This document shows, in pieces, positions 29,076-37,749 of a DNA stretch of 64,000 nucleotides. Source of the stretch: a virus (Duplodnaviria > Caudoviricetes); the IMG/VR virus record IMGVR_UViG_3300014204_000169, positions 10,119-74,118 of that record; one strand, 5' to 3'. Positions within the stretch are counted from its first letter, which is position 1, and every line of letters begins with the position of its first letter. Position numbers and translations under genes: made by a program. A model generated the notes under the pieces. The model saw nothing but the letters and a program-made list of their open reading frames with translations. It searched no databases and was not told where the DNA came from.

Positions 29076-30040
29076 TTTTCACCAGTGAACTTCAAAGCAC
29101 AATTAGTAATTTCACACTCTTTTGTTTGAGCAAGAATTAATTTCATTAGATTTGGGTTTATTGCAAAACTAATAGGATTGCCGGAATAAGCAATCTTTGC
29201 AGATTCCTCTAGCCACCCTATTTCTGATTCTGATCTTATTTGTAATTTCTTCTCTTCTATTTTAATTACTATTTTTTGTTCATCAGCATCTTTTCCACAT
29301 AATATAGAAGCTCTATCAATTAGATTAGGCATCCTATCAGGAAAGGTTATTTTAATTCCTGATTGTGATAGAAATCCATCAACATTTGGAAATGTGTCTT
29401 CAAAGGTTCGACAAGAATATATAGTGCCAACATCAGATTTAAAAAAGATCCAGTTTTGAGACTCAGCAATAAACTTAATGTTTTGTTTACTAATAATTTT
29501 AGCAGAAGACATTGGAAGAAGAAATGATTTAACTGGTAAATTACTAATTGTGTATCTAGTGATCCTTAATGTATCTGATGCAATGACTGCCCCATCGTCT
29601 TTTACGTAGACACAAGAAAGAACTGGTCTAGTCATATCTCTTACACAGCATGGGATAGCAAATGAAAGAGCTTCACAAAAGTTAATTGGTGCTTCTTTCC
29701 ATTTACTATGTTTACTAATTTGATCTAATGGCATTAATATTTCATTAGTAAAAGTAAGTCCAGATTTTAGTTTACCTGAACTTAATAAAAGTTGATTTTC
29801 TGTAGCTGATATTTCAAATTCATCTTTTTTTATTTTACTAATAAGTTTATAAAAAGCATTGGCCTCAATAGCTCCCACAATATTAAATTCAGGTATAGGG
29901 TGCTTGATAGCTAGTTCATCATTAAAAGTCACTAAATATTTTCCAGTAAAAGCAAACATATTAGTTCCAGCAATACTATCATTTCTTGCTAAAGCAGGTT
30001 TTACTAAATCTAATGCAGATAAAAGTTCAGTCCTCTTCAT
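29039..30040 (-). CDS. dnaN: DNA polymerase III beta-clamp-like sliding clamp
   Basis: RPVLSCV, IASDTLRI, FPNVDGF, INPNLM; three-domain length. Confidence 0.85.
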   Translation of the reverse strand: MKRTELLSALDLVKPALARNDSIAGTNMFAFTGKYLVTFNDELAIKHPIPEFNIVGAIEANAFYKLISKIKKDEFEISATENQLLLSSGKLKSGLTFTNEILMPLDQISKHSKWKEAPINFCEALSFAIPCCVRDMTRPVLSCVYVKDDGAVIASDTLRITRYTISNLPVKSFLLPMSSAKIISKQNIKFIAESQNWIFFKSDVGTIYSCRTFEDTFPNVDGFLSQSGIKITFPDRMPNLIDRASILCGKDADEQKIVIKIEEKKLQIRSESEIGWLEESAKIAYSGNPISFAINPNLMKLILAQTKECEITNCALKFTGENWEHVVALYSEK

Positions 30041-30360
30041 AAATCCCTATCTTCATATGAATAAAGTTTTCCTTTATAAATAAACAAAGTCTCAAATGCA
30101 TGTCCTGTACCAAAATCAGTATAGTAATTTCCTTGATCCCTCCAAGCTACTTCTGTATGCAAATCATAATGGGTTTTTATTAAATCTTCTTCATGCCATC
30201 TATTTAGTAATAATAAAATAGTTGCATAAACAGCATATTTTTTATCTACAATATAATAATGATTTTCTTCTTCAAACTGAGCAATTTGATGTGTCCAAAT
30301 ATGATTAAACCAAGATTTATTATCTTCCCCACGAATAAACATCTCTATTAATTTAAGCAT
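30037..30360 (-). CDS. Hypothetical protein
   Basis: ORF track. Confidence 0.65.
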   Translation of the reverse strand: MLKLIEMFIRGEDNKSWFNHIWTHQIAQFEEENHYYIVDKKYAVYATILLLLNRWHEEDLIKTHYDLHTEVAWRDQGNYYTDFGTGHAFETLFIYKGKLYSYEDRDL

Positions 30361-30390
30361 TTTTATACCTAAGTAAAGGAAGGATACTTT

Positions 30391-30415
30391 AGGGGCTAGA
30401 AGTCTAGCCCCTTTT
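30391..30415 (+). terminator. GC-rich hairpin; T-tract on + strand
   Basis: AGGGGCTAG-AAGT-CTAGCCCCT-TTT just downstream of the 30427..31239 stop. Confidence 0.6.
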
Positions 30416-30426
30416 ACTAAACTAAA

Positions 30427-31239
30427 TTACGCAACTTTAGGAGTACGCAACAGCTTCATAGCTTTGAGTGTACGGAGAACACCCATAACCGTTGCACGTT
30501 GAACTAGAACAGTTCCAAGAGCAACTTGATAGCCTTCTTGTTCCATCTTCTTCACAAGAGCAGCAGCAGTAATCTCTTGATTCTCACAAATCAATTCACG
30601 AATTCGTACTGTACTTTTAGGCTTACCTGTTTTTTCTACTTTCTTCTCAACAGGCTTTGCCTTCTCTACAACCTTTTCAACCTTTGCAGGTTTTACTTCT
30701 TTTTCTACTTTAGCATTACGTGTATTTTTGTTCATTTCTTTTATGACAACTTTTTCTTCCTTAACAGGCTTTACTACTTTTGAAGCTTTCTTTGATTTAG
30801 CTGGCATTTCATCTTCCTCTTCTTCCTCTTCGGTTTCTACAACCTTTTTAGAAGCCTTTCCTTTCTTAACTGGCTCATCTTCCTCTTCTTCTTCCTCATC
30901 TTCAAAAGGAAGTTCATCTTGTTCCGGTTCGTCTTCTTCCTCTTCCTCTTCTTCGTCCTCTTCTTCTACTTCATCCTCTTCTTCCTCTTCCTCTTCATTA
31001 TCATCAGGATCTTTCTTGTATGCAGCTTCAACATCAAACCCTAATGTAGTAAGTGTAGCTACTACAGGTTTACTAATTTTACCTTTATCATCCTTACAAA
31101 TCAATTCAGCAGCTTCAAGAATCTCTGCTTTTAGTGGAGCATCTTTTGCATCCACATTAATTTCTCCTTCTCCTTGAAAAAGGAGAGTATTCAATTCCTT
31201 TGCTGCCTTTACCATATCTTTACGTTCAAGTTTAGCCAT
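30427..31239 (-). CDS. Acidic/basic low-complexity protein with C-terminal putative winged-helix DNA-binding domain
   Basis: Poly-Glu linker, Lys-rich segment, C-terminal STVRIRELICENQEITAAALVKKME...; own promoter and flanking hairpins. Confidence 0.65.
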   Translation of the reverse strand: MAKLERKDMVKAAKELNTLLFQGEGEINVDAKDAPLKAEILEAAELICKDDKGKISKPVVATLTTLGFDVEAAYKKDPDDNEEEEEEEDEVEEEDEEEEEEEDEPEQDELPFEDEEEEEEDEPVKKGKASKKVVETEEEEEEDEMPAKSKKASKVVKPVKEEKVVIKEMNKNTRNAKVEKEVKPAKVEKVVEKAKPVEKKVEKTGKPKSTVRIRELICENQEITAAALVKKMEQEGYQVALGTVLVQRATVMGVLRTLKAMKLLRTPKVA

Positions 31240-31366
31240 AAAATCATTTTCCTCTTTAATTTAGTAAGTCTAAAGTTTTTCAGTCTCAGGGGTTGTTCAT
31301 CGGCCCGAACAATTTCCCTGAGACTTTATGCATTGGTGTTTTTGCACTCATGATCAAACACATAAT

Positions 31367-31396
31367 ACTATATCAGAATGGTTTAATAATTTTCAA
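31367..31396 (-). promoter_or_regulatory. Sigma70-type promoter
   Basis: TTGAAA-18-TATAGT with TG extension on - strand. Confidence 0.6.
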
Positions 31397-31413
31397 GGTA
31401 ATTTAGTATATTT

Positions 31414-31905
31414 TTACTTGAAAAATTCTTCTAAACTTAATTTTCTTTTATATTGCCTTGTCTTGATTCCTGCTTTTATAAATAAAAGCTTTGCAGCATC
31501 AAATATAGACCCACCTCTATCTTCTTCAAAAATAACTTCTATGATTCCTGTTTGAATAATTGTCTTAGCACATTCATTGCAAGGATGAAGAGTGCAATAA
31601 ATTTTACAACCAGTTACAGACATACTTGCATTATAAATTGCGTTCTCTTCGGCATGGACCACGTAAAAATATTTTGTATTCATTAAATCTACAGCATCTC
31701 TATCCCAAGGAAATTCCCAAGCTTCAATACCTCTAGGCCAACCATTGTATCCTGTCCCAATTACTACATTTTTATCATTTACTACAACACCACCATTTTG
31801 TGTAGATGGATCTTTAGATCTTTTACTAACTAAAACTGCCATCCACATAAAAGATTCATCCCATGAAGGTGTGTTTTGTCTAAAACCATCATAAATAATA
31901 TTCAT
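31414..31905 (-). CDS. dCMP deaminase (ComEB family)
   Basis: RSKDPSTQNG, GTGYNG, VVHAEENAI, TLHPCNECAK. Confidence 0.92.
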   Translation of the reverse strand: MNIIYDGFRQNTPSWDESFMWMAVLVSKRSKDPSTQNGGVVVNDKNVVIGTGYNGWPRGIEAWEFPWDRDAVDLMNTKYFYVVHAEENAIYNASMSVTGCKIYCTLHPCNECAKTIIQTGIIEVIFEEDRGGSIFDAAKLLFIKAGIKTRQYKRKLSLEEFFK

Positions 31906-31907
31906 AA

Positions 31908-32228
31908 TTAATCCTCTGGTTCCCATATTGGGCCTGCCCAATATAATTCATCAACAGAACAATTACCTGTTATTTCATCAGAATGTTTATCTAGCTTCAT
32001 AATATAGGGCATACCAATATCACTATCCCCATGACGAATCCAACACCAACCAAGTGTTTTAGGAATTCCTTGTTGCCATTTTAATTTATTAATTAATTTT
32101 GGTCTATATTTTTCAACACCATATTTTCTACCTTCAGGGTACTTACAAGCTTCCTGAGTGCAAGCACATCTTTCTTCCATTTTACATTCACCACAAAATA
32201 ATGGTTCTGGTTTAAATTCATTATCCAT
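31908..32228 (-). CDS. Hypothetical protein
   Basis: ORF track. Confidence 0.65.
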   Translation of the reverse strand: MDNEFKPEPLFCGECKMEERCACTQEACKYPEGRKYGVEKYRPKLINKLKWQQGIPKTLGWCWIRHGDSDIGMPYIMKLDKHSDEITGNCSVDELYWAGPIWEPED

Positions 32229-32237
32229 AATTATCCT

Positions 32238-33776
32238 TTACTTCAAAAAGCTGCCTAAAATTGGTGTTCCTTGTTGTATACTTTGTAATATTGTTACAGG
32301 ACGATTTTTATCCCCTTCCCCTTCTCTAACAGCTACTAAATTTAATCTCATAAGACCTGTAGCCTTCTCTTTATCATTTTGATTCATCCCGATAAAAGCC
32401 GAAACATGAGCCATTTTAGTTTTTGACTCAGAAAAATTACTCATATCAAGTAACTCTTTCCCATAACTATCAGCATCAGCTTGGGAAGCAGTTAATACAA
32501 TGATATGTCTATCTTGACTAAGCTTTCTTAATCGTTGCCATTTCTTGTTTTCCTGGTGCCTAAAATCCATTCGTAGGCAATCTGCATCAGGAGCCATGAT
32601 ATCACTGTAATCTATTACGCAAAGGTCACAAACAAACATTTCACTACGTTCCCAATTATCTAAAACAGTACAAATCTCTTTAGTTGTTAATGTTTCATTT
32701 GAATATGTTGCTAACTTAAATTTTTTACTAAACTTTTTCTTAAACTTTTTTACTAATCTATAAGCTTCAGATTTAGTAAGAGGATCTACAGCAGCTTTTA
32801 TTTTATACCAATTTGTCGGACTTCTCTTTTTACAATATTCATTTCTACAAGTTTTATAGTTTGGATTGTCTTTAATAATTTCCAAAATCTTTGTCTTATC
32901 TAAATCTTCAAATTGCCCACCAATATATAAACCAACAGTTCCTTCTCTATCAAGTTCATTGCAAGAGTCAGTTTGATTATTAATACAATCAATAACCGGA
33001 ATTAATAATTCCCCACAATATTTTTCATCATAAGATTTTCTAGCTATCCTGGTACAGATTCTTTTTACTTGTGAATTTTCCCCCATATCTCCAGCTTGGA
33101 AATATGCAACATTAAGATTCTCCATTAATCCTCTCAAGGCAATTTCAAGAAGAATCCAGCTTTTACCGATTTTCTCTCTACCAAGTAAAGATATAAATGA
33201 TTCCCTTACAAAATGACTATCTAACATTTGTCCTAAAGCTTTACCAAACTTTATTAATGGTTTTGCTTGATCAGAAAAAGCATTATAGATTGCATCTTTA
33301 GTAAATGGATCAATACATTTGCTATCAAGTTCTTTTATTTTATTATATCCGATTGCAAGTTTCTCAGCTTCAGATACATTTTCAGAATCAAGTTCCCCTT
33401 CAATAGCTTTAACGTGATTAGTAAGATTCCTTATACTAAAATACTTTAATGTTTCATCCAATAAATAATCCACATTAAAAGAATCACGATCATAATCACT
33501 TGAGAGATCGGATAGTATTTCTTCGATATCTGCTGCTTGATCATCCGAAATAGCTCCTTTCTTAATATGCGCCAAATACACAGATTGAATATTTTTATTA
33601 ATTGCAGTGTTATACTGTTGAAAATAATCTAAACACCATCTTGCTATGGTTTTGGCAGTTGAAGATTGTAAAAGGTCATTATTCCATATCGAGGCAATCC
33701 TCCTTAAAAAATCTTGACTGACCGCTAACCCTATGCAAATTCTGCGTTCTATAAACCCGAAATCATCTTTAGACAT
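32238..33776 (-). CDS. dnaB: Replicative DnaB-like helicase
   Basis: GREKIGKS Walker A, VIDYSDIM Walker B, ASQ, AVREG; start placed at MSKDD. Confidence 0.85.
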   Translation of the reverse strand: MSKDDFGFIERRICIGLAVSQDFLRRIASIWNNDLLQSSTAKTIARWCLDYFQQYNTAINKNIQSVYLAHIKKGAISDDQAADIEEILSDLSSDYDRDSFNVDYLLDETLKYFSIRNLTNHVKAIEGELDSENVSEAEKLAIGYNKIKELDSKCIDPFTKDAIYNAFSDQAKPLIKFGKALGQMLDSHFVRESFISLLGREKIGKSWILLEIALRGLMENLNVAYFQAGDMGENSQVKRICTRIARKSYDEKYCGELLIPVIDCINNQTDSCNELDREGTVGLYIGGQFEDLDKTKILEIIKDNPNYKTCRNEYCKKRSPTNWYKIKAAVDPLTKSEAYRLVKKFKKKFSKKFKLATYSNETLTTKEICTVLDNWERSEMFVCDLCVIDYSDIMAPDADCLRMDFRHQENKKWQRLRKLSQDRHIIVLTASQADADSYGKELLDMSNFSESKTKMAHVSAFIGMNQNDKEKATGLMRLNLVAVREGEGDKNRPVTILQSIQQGTPILGSFLK

Positions 33777-34026
33777 TAGGAATACCATATTCAAAATTAA
33801 TATCAGATTCAAGTTGTTTCACTTTTTCTATTAGTAAACAATTTTCCTTAAATTCATCTGCAAAAGCTTTTCTCATTTTCCTTAATCCAATATTAGTTTG
33901 CTCAAGTTGTTCTTTTAATAATTTAATTTCATTTTCTAATTTCTCAATATCATCCCCAATACAATCATGGCAGGAATTGCACTCTTCACAAAAATTATTA
34001 CTCCCACAATAGTTACATTTACTCAT
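33769..34026 (-). CDS. Cys-rich N-terminus plus coiled coil
   Basis: ORF track. Confidence 0.65.
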   Translation of the reverse strand: MSKCNYCGSNNFCEECNSCHDCIGDDIEKLENEIKLLKEQLEQTNIGLRKMRKAFADEFKENCLLIEKVKQLESDINFEYGIPNV

Positions 34027-34453
34027 TTTCCTCCTTTACACAGACACAATATTTTTTTATATTAGTCAATTCCCAAATCCAGCGATATAAAACAGTTCGA
34101 GATAAATTCATTTCTTTACAAACTAAATAAACTGTTTTCCCTGTCTGAACCTCTTTTATAGCAGCTTCTTTTGATTTATTAATTTCAATTTGACGTTCTG
34201 TTGGTTTGAATTGCCGAATACCACCACAAATTTTACATATGCGTGTATTATATCTTGTTTTATCCTTTTTTACTATAATTTTCGGTTCTTTTAATATTTG
34301 CTTATTAAGAACTTCTTCAGAAATATTATCATATTTACTAAGTCTGTTTATTGCTTCCATTAGATCCGATCTGACATCTTTATTTATAGTAAAAATTAAT
34401 GCTTGTTCAAAAGTTGCTTTTGTTTCTTGGGCCTCTTGCCTATATGAACTCAT
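34019..34453 (-). CDS. HTH-containing protein
   Basis: CKIC plus C-terminal KTVYLVCKEMNLSRTVLYRWI. Confidence 0.6.
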   Translation of the reverse strand: MSSYRQEAQETKATFEQALIFTINKDVRSDLMEAINRLSKYDNISEEVLNKQILKEPKIIVKKDKTRYNTRICKICGGIRQFKPTERQIEINKSKEAAIKEVQTGKTVYLVCKEMNLSRTVLYRWIWELTNIKKYCVCVKEENE

Positions 34454-34466
34454 TTATTTCCTTTTA

Positions 34467-34745
34467 TTAAAATGGTGTATCCTCTTTTGTTGGTTGAAGT
34501 ATTTTATTACAATGACTGCATAGTAATCTTAATTCTCCAGCTAGAAATTCTTTCTCATATCTTTTAATTCGTAAATGACTTGCTGTTAATCTTGGGGTTT
34601 TAGGCCAATGTCTTCCATATGGATGATGGGACTCTAATTTTTCTGTAGCCCCACAATTACTACATTTATTTCCCATATCTTCTTTTAGTTTAGTAAATCT
34701 ACGTTCACACATTCTGCGAACTCTAACATTCCAAGGAAGACACAT
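34467..34745 (-). CDS. HNH endonuclease
   Basis: CSNCG...LESHH...LRLLCSHCN. Confidence 0.75.
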   Translation of the reverse strand: MCLPWNVRVRRMCERRFTKLKEDMGNKCSNCGATEKLESHHPYGRHWPKTPRLTASHLRIKRYEKEFLAGELRLLCSHCNKILQPTKEDTPF

Positions 34746-34760
34746 GTTTAGTAATCCCTT

Positions 34761-35975
34761 TTAGTAATTATTTTGTTTTCCAGTTTGAAAATCATATACA
34801 TGGTTCTTTTTAGTAAACTTAACAAAAAGATCGAATGTTTTACTATTTGGCTCAAAACTTCCAGGACCAATATCTGTGAAATGAGCTTCATTAATAATCC
34901 AAGTAACATACAATTTTAGTAAGCTGAAAGGAGAATGGATTTGAGCAGGGGTTCTCAAATCTTTTCCTGGCAGTTTAAATCGACTAGGAACGATTTTCTT
35001 TTGTTTTTCGACAAAATACTCGAATAGGTCAATTACTTTTGATTGTAGGGCATCTGAGAGGTCATGGTAGGCATATCTGAGAGGCCGCAAAACGTCTTTT
35101 TGGAAGTTTTCAGTAAGATCCCCACCATAACACTTACTAAATACAGAATTAATACGGGCGGAAATATCAGGTTTGGAATCAGGAGAATTGGATTTCTTCT
35201 TAATAAAAATATTTTCAGGGAAAACTCCAGGCCAATTACAGGTAATTGAATTGTCAATTGCTTGTAAACAGGAATCAACAGGAAATTTTTGCAATTTGGT
35301 TGCTAATCTTTTTATAGCATCATTAGTAAATGGGATTAGTTTACTATTTTTAGTACAGGATGTTCTTCTAAATTCATAAAAATCTTCTATTGCTTTACAA
35401 AACTCAGAATCATTTTTATATTCAGAAGAAAACATGTCTTTGAATTCCTGAAAACTAAAAATTTTCTCTAATACATTATTTTGTTCTTTATTGTTTTTAG
35501 TCTTTATATTGTTTTTATTATTATGAGCTTGAAATTCTGAAGCTCCAGAGCTTGAAATTTTCGAGTTCTTGAGCTTGAAATTCTGAAGCTTTGGAAGAAG
35601 GTCAGTTTCTTCTGCTAATTGATCTGTATTTAGTATGTAATACTCTTTATACGGGAGTCCAACTTTCTTAATTTTTAGTAAACCTGATTCAATTAATGTT
35701 TTCTTATATTTACGTATTGCATGATCTGATAAACCGACACACTCAGCTAATTGTTTTTCATGTGAAAAAAAGAAACCCCCAAATTTCAATTTATTTATAG
35801 AATCATAATACCCTAATTTACTTACTAAAACAGAGATATATGCAGCAAGATTAAAACCATAAACTTGTATTAAGTTTTTATTTATCTGAAAAAAAGCATC
35901 TTTATTATATGCTGCAAGGATAACTTTTCTTGAGAATGATTCTTGTTCTGGTTTTTCAAGTTTAGTACGTTTCAT
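34761..35975 (-). CDS. Replication initiator / replisome organizer (lambda O-like architecture)
   Basis: N-terminal wHTH (LAECVGLSDHAIRKYKKTLIESGLL), Asn/Lys linker encoding repeats, C-terminal FYEFRR...AIDNSITCNWPGVF domain. Confidence 0.75.
   Translation of the reverse strand: MKRTKLEKPEQESFSRKVILAAYNKDAFFQINKNLIQVYGFNLAAYISVLVSKLGYYDSINKLKFGGFFFSHEKQLAECVGLSDHAIRKYKKTLIESGLLKIKKVGLPYKEYYILNTDQLAEETDLLPKLQNFKLKNSKISSSGASEFQAHNNKNNIKTKNNKEQNNVLEKIFSFQEFKDMFSSEYKNDSEFCKAIEDFYEFRRTSCTKNSKLIPFTNDAIKRLATKLQKFPVDSCLQAIDNSITCNWPGVFPENIFIKKKSNSPDSKPDISARINSVFSKCYGGDLTENFQKDVLRPLRYAYHDLSDALQSKVIDLFEYFVEKQKKIVPSRFKLPGKDLRTPAQIHSPFSLLKLYVTWIINEAHFTDIGPGSFEPNSKTFDLFVKFTKKNHVYDFQTGKQNNY
35461..35590. 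promoter_or_regulatory. Putative replication origin: three iterons plus AT-rich tract
   Basis: GAGCTTGAAATT at 35525, 35548, 35571 (23-bp period; copies 1 and 3 identical over 20 bp) next to a very AT-rich run. Confidence 0.75.
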
Positions 35976-35978
35976 ATA

Positions 35979-36359
35979 TTACTCCTGAGAATAAGATAAA
36001 TATTCTTGAAGGGTTTTCCAGTTAAATTTATATTCATATAAATCAGGAGATGTTGTATTTTTTGAACAAGTAAATATTCCAGATTCCTGGCAGTGTTTTC
36101 GTAATTTGTTTATTTCATTTTTAGTAATTCTAAAATTTTGTATAAATACATAATCATCAAAGATAATACTTCCTGTTTTATCTTGACTAATCACTTGTTC
36201 ATAATACTCACGCATTAAAATATTGAAACATTCCCAATGGGAGCTTTCTAATGGAAATCCTAATTTATAGAAATTTCTTTCCATATATTCAGGTTCATCA
36301 TTTTTAAGAATGTCTTTTAGAATGTCTTGTAATTCTTTTTGTAAGAACTCATTAATCAT
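35979..36359 (-). CDS. wHTH-like protein resembling the initiator N-domain
   Basis: ITKNEINKLRKHCQESGIF...YEYKFNW parallels initiator wHTH. Confidence 0.6.
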   Translation of the reverse strand: MINEFLQKELQDILKDILKNDEPEYMERNFYKLGFPLESSHWECFNILMREYYEQVISQDKTGSIIFDDYVFIQNFRITKNEINKLRKHCQESGIFTCSKNTTSPDLYEYKFNWKTLQEYLSYSQE

Positions 36360-36469
36360 CTCTCTAATCCTCCCGTAAAGGTTTAGGGCTGGAAGTTACG
36401 GGCAACCAGCCCTCTTAATTTCCTTGCTAAGGAATATTTGAGATACCCTTAGCTATTAGCGTGGTTTGA

Positions 36470-36498
36470 ATTATACACAACTATTCAATTTTTGTTAA
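36470..36498 (-). promoter_or_regulatory. Sigma70-type promoter for initiator operon
   Basis: TTAACA-17-TATAAT on - strand. Confidence 0.7.
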
Positions 36499-36950
36499 TC
36501 TATTTCTCAATATTCCGTTAGCATCTTCAAGTTTCATAATTTTTGTATTTAAATCATGAATTATTTTTATATGTTTTTCTTCATTAGATTTTGTTGATTT
36601 TGGAATAAAGAAATTTTGTAAATCAGAATCATAAATACACCGACAACCATCTTTAAATATACCATACTCAGAAGATTTTTCTTGTTGTTTACCACAATAA
36701 ACTGCCCCATCTCTTACTCTAATTTCTTGATGTTGACAAAAATTACAAATAGCATTAATTTTAGTAAACCTTTCTAAAGATATTTTTCAAACCAACATTT
36801 ATTTCTGTCTAAGCTGGTATCATCATAATGCAGTAAATGATATATTTTGTGATATATGGATTCATAATGCCTTTGTGGGTCAGTTGTTTCAGGAACTTCT
36901 TCTATTATTTTTTTGATAATCTTTATTTTTATTTCATTTGTCCATTCCAT
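36481..36950 (-). pseudogene. Frameshifted hypothetical gene (about 156 codons if one A restored)
   Basis: MEWTNE...WFEKYL* continues in shifted frame as ISLERFTKINAICNFC...; span 470 nt. Confidence 0.5.
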
Positions 36951-36951
36951 T

Positions 36952-37209
36952 TTAATGATCCTTTCTTTTTCTAATTAAATCTAAAGTCTCATTAATTGAC
37001 TCTATTTGTTGTTCTAAATTAGTAATCACCATTTCTTTAATCACTTTGACAGGATCTTTAAGGGAAACATCATATGTACTACAAATACATTTATCCATAT
37101 AGTAAATTCTGAATTTAGCGTGGTATCCCTCTCCTGGAGATTCATATTTATAAATAAAATCTTGTGTTTTTTTATTTAATTCTTTAGTTGCTTTTTCAAA
37201 GTTATTCAT
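36952..37209 (-). CDS. Hypothetical protein
   Basis: ORF track. Confidence 0.65.
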   Translation of the reverse strand: MNNFEKATKELNKKTQDFIYKYESPGEGYHAKFRIYYMDKCICSTYDVSLKDPVKVIKEMVITNLEQQIESINETLDLIRKRKDH

Positions 37210-37442
37210 TTTAGTTTCTCCTTTTTATATTTTATGTAAGAGTGCTTTGGATTATATTTTTTATAAAAATTATATTCTTTTTCCGTGCAGGGCATACATA
37301 ATACTAATTCTGCTGATTGAAAATTATTAGATTGTCTTTTCAAGAAACATTCAAATGATTCATTAATTGCAACTGTGTAACTTATTGTGCTGCACATATA
37401 TGGAATAATGTTTATAGCTACTCTATAGAATTGTTTTTTCAT
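37206..37442 (-). CDS. Hypothetical protein
   Basis: ORF track. Confidence 0.65.
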   Translation of the reverse strand: MKKQFYRVAINIIPYMCSTISYTVAINESFECFLKRQSNNFQSAELVLCMPCTEKEYNFYKKYNPKHSYIKYKKEKLK

Positions 37443-37457
37443 TTTAGTGAGCCTTTC

Positions 37458-37748
37458 TTACTCAATATCTTTTAATAAATCTAATTTTTCTTGAATTTCT
37501 TTTTCTGCTTCCTCAGCAGCATCAATTTTATATTTTACTTGGTATTGATTTTTTGGATTTAATTTTAGTAATACTTCATGAGTTCTTTTTGTTAATATAT
37601 CTTTTGTTTCCAGTATATATTCAAATATGTGTTGAAGATCAGCCTGTATGGATTCATCTGTACCGCTAATAGATATATAAGGAGTTAGTCCTGTTTTATA
37701 ATTTATTTCTACTACAGCAAATTCAAGATCTTCTCTTAATATAAACAT
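37458..37748 (-). CDS. Hypothetical protein
   Basis: ORF track. Confidence 0.65.
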   Translation of the reverse strand: MFILREDLEFAVVEINYKTGLTPYISISGTDESIQADLQHIFEYILETKDILTKRTHEVLLKLNPKNQYQVKYKIDAAEEAEKEIQEKLDLLKDIE

Positions 37749-37749
37749 T

